A DNA stretch of 32,000 bases from Candidatus Arthromitus sp. SFB-mouse-Japan (GTDB taxonomy: Bacteria; Bacillota; Clostridia; Clostridiales; Clostridiaceae). The notes beneath the pieces are model-generated. The model was not told the DNA's origin and made no database searches. It was given only the letters and a program-made list of their open reading frames with translations. Below, piece after piece: positions 27,046-32,000 of this stretch (position 1 is its first letter; each line of letters opens with the position of its first letter). The DNA lies in the NCBI RefSeq assembly GCF_000270205.1, contig NC_015913.1, positions 840,001 to 872,000 on the forward strand, in the 5' to 3' direction. A program made the position numbers and the translations under genes.

Positions 27046-28612
27046 TCTTGTCCCCCTCAATTTCTGCGATAATCTTATCTATCTCTTTCCTCAAAACTTC
27101 CTCTCGTGCAACAATCTCTTTAATCTCTTCGTTTAATTTTACAATATCAATTTTCTCTCTCGTATCTTCCTGCTCAACATAAGTGGACACAGAAAGATTA
27201 TATTTTTCATTCCTTATTTCCTCAAGGCTTACGAGTTTCGCAAAATATTCAATATCTTTTCTTTCAGCATAAGCCTTAACAATATTCTCTATATTTTCTT
27301 TGCTGAGTTTATTGTTATTAGTAGCTTTTTCAAATTCCTTAGATGCATCAATAAACAATACATTCTTATCTTCCTTACTTTTTTTGATAACCATTATGCA
27401 AGTTGCAATACTTGTTCCAAAAAATAAATTACTTGGGAGCTGAATAATAGTATCAATAAAATTTCCTTCAACTAAATATTCTCTAATCTTTTGCTCCGCT
27501 CCCCCTCTATACATAATTCCAGGGAAACATATAATCGCCCCAACCCCATTAGGTGCAAGCCATGAAAGTGCGTGCATAATAAAAGCAAGATCAGCTTTAG
27601 ATTTTGGAGCCAAAACTCCTGCAGGGGCAAACCTTTCATCGTTAATTAATACGGGATTATTATCCCCTTCCCATTTTATTGAATAAGGAGGATTGGAAAC
27701 TATTGCTTCAAAAGGTTCTTCATCAAAATGTTTTGGATTAATAAGTGTATCCTCACATTCAATTTTAAATTTTTCATAACCGATATCATGTAAAAACATA
27801 TTAATTCTACAAAGATTGTAAGTTGTTATATTAATTTCTTGTCCAAAATATCCACGTCTAACTCCATCTTTACCAAGAATTTTAGCAGCTTTTAATAAAA
27901 GCGAACCACTCCCACAACACATATAATAAATTTTATTGACCTCCTTCTTACCATGAACAACAATTCGTGTAAGAAGTTCAGAAACCTCTTGAGGAGTAAA
28001 AAACTCTCCCCCACTTTTTCCAGCATTAGAAGCATACATACTCATCAAAAACTCGTAAGCATCACCAAAAGCATCAATAGTATTTTTTCTATAATCTCCA
28101 AGATTCATATTCCCAATACCATCTAAAAGTTTAACAAGTTTTTCATTTCTCTTAGCAACAGTTGAACCAAGCTTATTGCTATTCACATCAAAATCATCAA
28201 ATAATCCTTTGAGATCTCCTTCACTTTCATGACCCTTAGCCGAATCTTCAATATTTCTAAAAACTTTTTCTAAAGTTTCATTTAAATTTTCATCATCTTT
28301 TGCCCTAGCTCGAACATTTTCAAAAAGTTCTGAAGGAGGGATAAAGAACCCTTTATCATTAATCATTTCTTCTCTAATTCCTTCAGCCATTTCATCACTA
28401 ATTTTTGCATAATCAAAATCAGTACTGCCTGCTTCAATCTCATTTCTATTAATATCATTTTTAAAATTCTCAGATATGTAACGATAAAACATTGTACCTA
28501 AAACATAAATTTTAAAGTCCCATCCATCAACACTTCCTCTTAACTCATCAGCTATACTCCATATTGCCCTGTGTAATTCATCTCTCTCTTGTTCCTTTTT
28601 ATTATCCGCCAT
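27038..28612 (-). CDS. hsdM: Type I restriction-modification N6-adenine DNA methyltransferase subunit (HsdM)
   Basis: 524 aa. N-terminal HsdM_N-like helix bundle. Motif X is GEFFTPQEV. Motif I region is KIYYMCCGSGSLLL. Motif IV is VSNPPYSIKW. RBS GGAG is 8 nt upstream of the ATG. Confidence 0.92.
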   Translation of the reverse strand: MADNKKEQERDELHRAIWSIADELRGSVDGWDFKIYVLGTMFYRYISENFKNDINRNEIEAGSTDFDYAKISDEMAEGIREEMINDKGFFIPPSELFENVRARAKDDENLNETLEKVFRNIEDSAKGHESEGDLKGLFDDFDVNSNKLGSTVAKRNEKLVKLLDGIGNMNLGDYRKNTIDAFGDAYEFLMSMYASNAGKSGGEFFTPQEVSELLTRIVVHGKKEVNKIYYMCCGSGSLLLKAAKILGKDGVRRGYFGQEINITTYNLCRINMFLHDIGYEKFKIECEDTLINPKHFDEEPFEAIVSNPPYSIKWEGDNNPVLINDERFAPAGVLAPKSKADLAFIMHALSWLAPNGVGAIICFPGIMYRGGAEQKIREYLVEGNFIDTIIQLPSNLFFGTSIATCIMVIKKSKEDKNVLFIDASKEFEKATNNNKLSKENIENIVKAYAERKDIEYFAKLVSLEEIRNEKYNLSVSTYVEQEDTREKIDIVKLNEEIKEIVAREEVLRKEIDKIIAEIEGDKSE

Positions 28613-28647
28613 TTTATCAACTCCATTTACATTTCAAATTCAAAACC

Positions 28648-28653
28648 ATTATA
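28648..28653 (-). promoter_or_regulatory. Candidate -10 element for hsdMS(R) transcription
   Basis: The minus strand has a perfect TATAAT about 36 nt upstream of the hsdM ATG, just downstream of the terminator that closes the preceding gene. I could not identify a good -35. Confidence 0.3.
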
Positions 28654-28680
28654 ATATACCATTGATTTTTATTGTAGGTA

Positions 28681-28717
28681 TAAAAACAAAAAAAGACAAT
28701 TAAAACTAATTGTCTTT
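28681..28717 (-). terminator. Rho-independent terminator of the RloC-like gene
   Basis: Perfect 11-bp stem: AAAGACAATTA (28692-28702) pairs with TAATTGTCTTT (28707-28717), with a 4-nt loop. On the minus strand TTTTGTTTTTA follows. The stem overlaps the stop codon at 28716-28718. Confidence 0.75.
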
Positions 28718-30938
28718 AAGGATGTATCTTATATTTTTTAGAATATTCTTTGAAATGTTTTTCACCATGATTTTTTTCTAAACATGACTTAAAATCATTA
28801 ATTAGTTCGATCTTAGATATTCCACTTAAATCATGTTCAAAATCATCAATTGAATGAGAGTTAACATCACATGCTTTTTTGAAAAATGGACTATTTTCAT
28901 AAAAACCACCTTGATCTAAACAATTAAATTTAATATATGTTTCTAAAATTCTCCTCATAGGATTATATAATATATCTGATGATGCGTTATTATTATAAAG
29001 ATTTCCCAATTCTTTCCAAAGCAAATCATAACTTGTTGTAAAATCATCTTCTCTTTTCTTTACATATTCAATATTAGTTTTCTTACCATCCGATATTAAT
29101 TTAATAAATTTACTAATTTTATTATCATTTATATATTCTAATTTATCATCTTCATACTTTCTATCATGTTTAACATTTAAATAGAAATGGCAATTATGAG
29201 TTAGAATAATTAATTTTTTATCATCTTCTCTTTCAATCTTTCTCATAATTCTTTGCAAATCATTAATTATCAAATACTGTTTAGTATCATCATTAGAACT
29301 CATAGGGTCATCAAATACCATAACCCTAATACTCCCAGGTACTTCTCTTTCAATATCCTTAAATTGCTCAATGAAATATAAAAATGCAATTATATTTTTT
29401 TCGCCAGTAGATAATTCCTTAACACTACGATACTTAGATGATCTTAAACATTTCACCCTATAAAAGGCCCTCTCTTTCTGTTCATTCTCATTATAAAGAG
29501 AAAGTTCAAATGATACAAATGTTCTTAATTTCTTATTTATATTATTAACTGCCTTTTCTACATTTTTCATTCTATTTTTTAAATTTATAATATCTTTTTT
29601 AAAATTATCTATTTCCCCCATAAGTTTTTTACGTGCTTCTTCTTTATTAAAATAATCTTCTTCTACATTTTTTTTATGATATTCTAAATTATTCATTTTT
29701 TCAATTTCAACACCATATTTAAAACCATCAAGATATTTTTTGATTTCATTATATCTTATTTTTTCTCTTGCTTCTTTTTTTATTTTTAATAAATCATTTG
29801 AATTATGTTCTCTAACTAACTTATTATATTCTGCAATATAATCCGATAATTTTTTATCTTCATTTAATAATTCAGGTAAATCCAATTCAATTTCATCAAA
29901 AAGTTCACTTCTCTTTTTTTTCAATTTCTGAATATATTTTTCTAACAAGTTAATATAATATAATTTCTTTTCATTTATTTTCTTATCTATTTCTTGGACT
30001 CTTTTATTTTTATCGGTATATAAATTATTTAAATCAATATTAATTGATTCTAGTATTTTTTTATATCCTTCTAATTCCTTACATTTATCCTCTATCTTAT
30101 TTTCAAATTGTTTTATTTCTGTTCCAGAAAAATAATTTTCCAATTCATTTAATATATCCGCTGTTATTATACTTCCACAAAATCCACATTTTTCACCGAC
30201 CTTATGGATGTCAAGTCCATACTTAGCAAAATTAGACTTCTTAGGATCGTTATTTAATTTACTAATAATTTTTTGGGGTTTGACTCTATCTTTTAAAATT
30301 TGCTCTACCTCATTTGATATCTGAATAATATTTATAGGTGTTTCGTATATCTCATTAAGATTTTTTTTCTCTAATTTTAAAATATTATTAAACTTATCAA
30401 TTTCATATTCAGATAATAGACAATTATTTCCCATATTTTTAATATCATTTTTTATATCATTAATATCATATTTATTTCCTTCATGTATTTTATAGCTGCA
30501 ACCTTTTATTTCACTTGCAAAACGTTTTAAAGCATTATCTATATATATTTTTTGTTTTTTAAATTCAGCTATCCTTTCTTCTTTCATACTAAATAAATTT
30601 TTCTCATTATTTAAAGGATTGTTTATCTTTTTATTAATTTCTTCAATCTTTTTTTGATTTTCTAGAATTAATGACTCTTTTTTTTCAATTTCTTTATTTA
30701 TTTTAGAATTTTCATTACTTAGGGTAATACAATTTAAATTTTCATTTTTACCTATTAAAATATCAAATCCCTGAAAAATGCGAATATCATATTTTTCATT
30801 ATTTTCGTATTGTTTTTGTAATAAATTTGTAATGGTTGATTTTCCTGTTCCATTTTTACCATATACAAAATTTACTTTCTTATCAAATTCAATTACATTT
30901 TCATTAAATAGATCTTCATTGCTTAAATCTATTTTCAT
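28716..30938 (-). CDS. rloC: RloC-like anticodon nuclease candidate: AAA_13/ABC-type ATPase with long coiled-coil insert, CxxC zinc hook and C-terminal PrrC-type tRNase motifs
   Basis: 740 aa. Walker A is GKNGTGKST (aa 27-35). A Lys/Glu/Asn-rich coiled coil of about 420 aa spans aa ~75-495 and carries CGFC at aa 251-254 (nt 30177-30188). ABC signature LSTGE is at aa 509-513, Walker B RVMVFDD at aa 538-544, and the H-loop LTHN at aa 579-582. The C-terminal domain has RRILE (aa 662-666) and NSH (His695, nt 28854-28856), which matches the Arg-x3-Glu...His pattern of PrrC/RloC. RBS AGGGGGTG is 8 nt upstream of the ATG. Confidence 0.7.
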   Translation of the reverse strand: MKIDLSNEDLFNENVIEFDKKVNFVYGKNGTGKSTITNLLQKQYENNEKYDIRIFQGFDILIGKNENLNCITLSNENSKINKEIEKKESLILENQKKIEEINKKINNPLNNEKNLFSMKEERIAEFKKQKIYIDNALKRFASEIKGCSYKIHEGNKYDINDIKNDIKNMGNNCLLSEYEIDKFNNILKLEKKNLNEIYETPINIIQISNEVEQILKDRVKPQKIISKLNNDPKKSNFAKYGLDIHKVGEKCGFCGSIITADILNELENYFSGTEIKQFENKIEDKCKELEGYKKILESINIDLNNLYTDKNKRVQEIDKKINEKKLYYINLLEKYIQKLKKKRSELFDEIELDLPELLNEDKKLSDYIAEYNKLVREHNSNDLLKIKKEAREKIRYNEIKKYLDGFKYGVEIEKMNNLEYHKKNVEEDYFNKEEARKKLMGEIDNFKKDIINLKNRMKNVEKAVNNINKKLRTFVSFELSLYNENEQKERAFYRVKCLRSSKYRSVKELSTGEKNIIAFLYFIEQFKDIEREVPGSIRVMVFDDPMSSNDDTKQYLIINDLQRIMRKIEREDDKKLIILTHNCHFYLNVKHDRKYEDDKLEYINDNKISKFIKLISDGKKTNIEYVKKREDDFTTSYDLLWKELGNLYNNNASSDILYNPMRRILETYIKFNCLDQGGFYENSPFFKKACDVNSHSIDDFEHDLSGISKIELINDFKSCLEKNHGEKHFKEYSKKYKIHP

Positions 30939-31140
30939 ATTAACTACACCCCCTATTTTTGATAATATTTAATTATCTATAAAATTTCTCAATTAAAATT
31001 ATACAACATCACCTTATAACATGAATTTTGTAAATGCATATGTTTATATGTACTTATTTCTTTATTTTCTTTAAATAAATCAATAGATTTCATAATATAA
31101 TTTAAATACTTCTCGTAAATATCTAAAGATATCCATTTTA

Positions 31141-32000
31141 TTATTTTGATCTTATCTGTAGATTCAATGTAAAGAAAAAATCACCGCTATCCTCGAAAAT
31201 CTCAAGCATATGATATCTAGATGTACTCGGCGAATCGAATTTAGATTTATAATATAAATAATTTTCTAATATTTCATTATGATAAATTTTATCCAATAAA
31301 ACAACTTCTCCTGAGTTTTTAGTCACCATAATTCCACCATTAACTGAATATTTTCCATCCCATTCTTCGGAAGGGAAAAATCCAAAACATATTCCATATA
31401 AAAAATCTATTAACTTTTTTCTTAGAAAAACTTCGTCATTTCCATGATTCGACTTTAAAAACGCTTTTTGTAAATCCTTTTCATTTTCAACATAAGAATA
31501 AAGCAATGCATTGGCTAATAATTTATCCATCGATGAATCTATTAACCTAATATTCCTTTCCAAAGTATTACTAACGATTTTATAAAATTCAATTTTACCT
31601 TCAAGTTCTTTGATCTTATAAATCCTATCTAACAATTTCTTTTTTGTTTTTATACGATTAACTTCTTGCATTTTATCTTTATCAAAACCTTGAACTTTAT
31701 GCATGAAATTCGTATGCTTACTTGCATTCAATAATGTTGCAGGACTTCCAAATTGAGATTTGAGACTATATGTAATATTAACATCCTTACAAATTTTGTT
31801 ATCCTTTACATTTGCACCAAGATCTGCTTTACTTTTAGCTTTACCTTTAATGCTATATCCATCTGTAAAATTTTCAATAAATTCATTTAGTGAGGGAAGC
31901 TTTATTGAACCTCCGTTCAACGGTTTCTTATTAATAAGTGTTTTTAATAAGAATTCTTTCGCTTTTATTACAGCATCCAAAGATACCACACCAATCTTTT
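31141..32000 (-). CDS. Probable type II restriction endonuclease, HpaII-family-like; the 5' end probably lies beyond the right edge
   Basis: The track ORF begins at a GTG (31989), but the frame stays open to the window edge (..K-I-G- upstream). The segments LKSQFGSPATLLNASKHTNF and DSPSTSRYHMLEIF...LNLQIR resemble, from memory only, conserved blocks of the HpaII restriction-endonuclease family. It was not verified by search. Confidence 0.4.
   Translation of the reverse strand, partial: KIGVVSLDAVIKAKEFLLKTLINKKPLNGGSIKLPSLNEFIENFTDGYSIKGKAKSKADLGANVKDNKICKDVNITYSLKSQFGSPATLLNASKHTNFMHKVQGFDKDKMQEVNRIKTKKKLLDRIYKIKELEGKIEFYKIVSNTLERNIRLIDSSMDKLLANALLYSYVENEKDLQKAFLKSNHGNDEVFLRKKLIDFLYGICFGFFPSEEWDGKYSVNGGIMVTKNSGEVVLLDKIYHNEILENYLYYKSKFDSPSTSRYHMLEIFEDSGDFFFTLNLQIRSK

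Noticed and set aside
29914-30685. Homopolymeric A/T runs of 8 nt inside the RloC-like gene (29914-29921, 30361-30368, 30678-30685) and one in hsdR (25692-25699), considered as possible phase-variation tracts.
   Set aside because: They encode Lys-Lys(-Lys) in Lys-rich segments and are at the length expected for this base composition. All frames are intact. Without population data there is no reason to call them contingency loci.
31081-31137. 18-codon minus-strand ORF (MDIFRYLREVFKLYYEIY) starting just after the stop of the HpaII-like gene, in the 200-bp gap before the RloC-like gene.
   Set aside because: It has no SD sequence and is very short, and AT-rich intergenic DNA yields such ORFs by chance. 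Nothing suggests a leader peptide or antitoxin beyond its position.
1-32000. A scan for CRISPR arrays, tRNA or rRNA genes, IS elements with terminal inverted repeats, integrases, and toxin-antitoxin-sized gene pairs.
   Set aside because: I found no regularly spaced repeats, no cloverleaf-like GC-rich segments, no transposase or integrase-like ORFs, and no unassigned small gene pairs. Nearly all the sequence is accounted for by the annotated genes and short intergenic regions.

Overview
The window is strongly AT-rich with tight operons and GGAGG-type ribosome-binding sites (RBS). That fits a low-GC Firmicute chromosome, probably Clostridium-like, but the species cannot be verified from here. 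It has three blocks.

(1) 1-20945: a high-mannose/N-glycan utilisation locus.
- One long minus-strand operon carries two CUT1 ABC permeases, a cytoplasmic GH38 alpha-mannosidase, a solute-binding lipoprotein, two ROK kinases, a small unknown membrane protein, an MsmK/MalK-type ATPase and a surface-lipoprotein GH85 endo-beta-N-acetylglucosaminidase.
- The GH85 gene runs off the left edge and is missing from the ORF track.
- The block also holds a YesM/YesN-type two-component system, a divergent DUF624-GH125 (exo-alpha-1,6-mannosidase) pair, and a convergent GH31 glycosidase.

(2) 21096-22556: housekeeping pdxS-pdxT (PLP synthase).

(3) 22641-32000: a nuclease-based defence island, all on the minus strand.
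- A Type I R-M system with Type IC hallmarks, in the order hsdM-hsdS-hsdR.
- A 740-aa RloC-like protein (ABC/Rad50-type ATPase, CxxC zinc hook, C-terminal anticodon-nuclease motifs) with its own terminator.
- The 3' part of a probable HpaII-family restriction endonuclease gene that runs off the right edge.

The two observations most worth following up are the RloC-like tRNase beside a Type IC R-M (compare the E. coli prr locus) and a perfect 3 x 12 bp tandem repeat (ELTA/TAEL) in the central spacer of hsdS. This repeat type is known to set the recognition-sequence spacer length in EcoR124I versus EcoR124II.

Every component can be assigned to a known family, so I cannot honestly claim a wholly undescribed system. 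What looks new is the arrangement and a few sequence details. I saw no rRNA, tRNA, CRISPR array, IS element or integrase.
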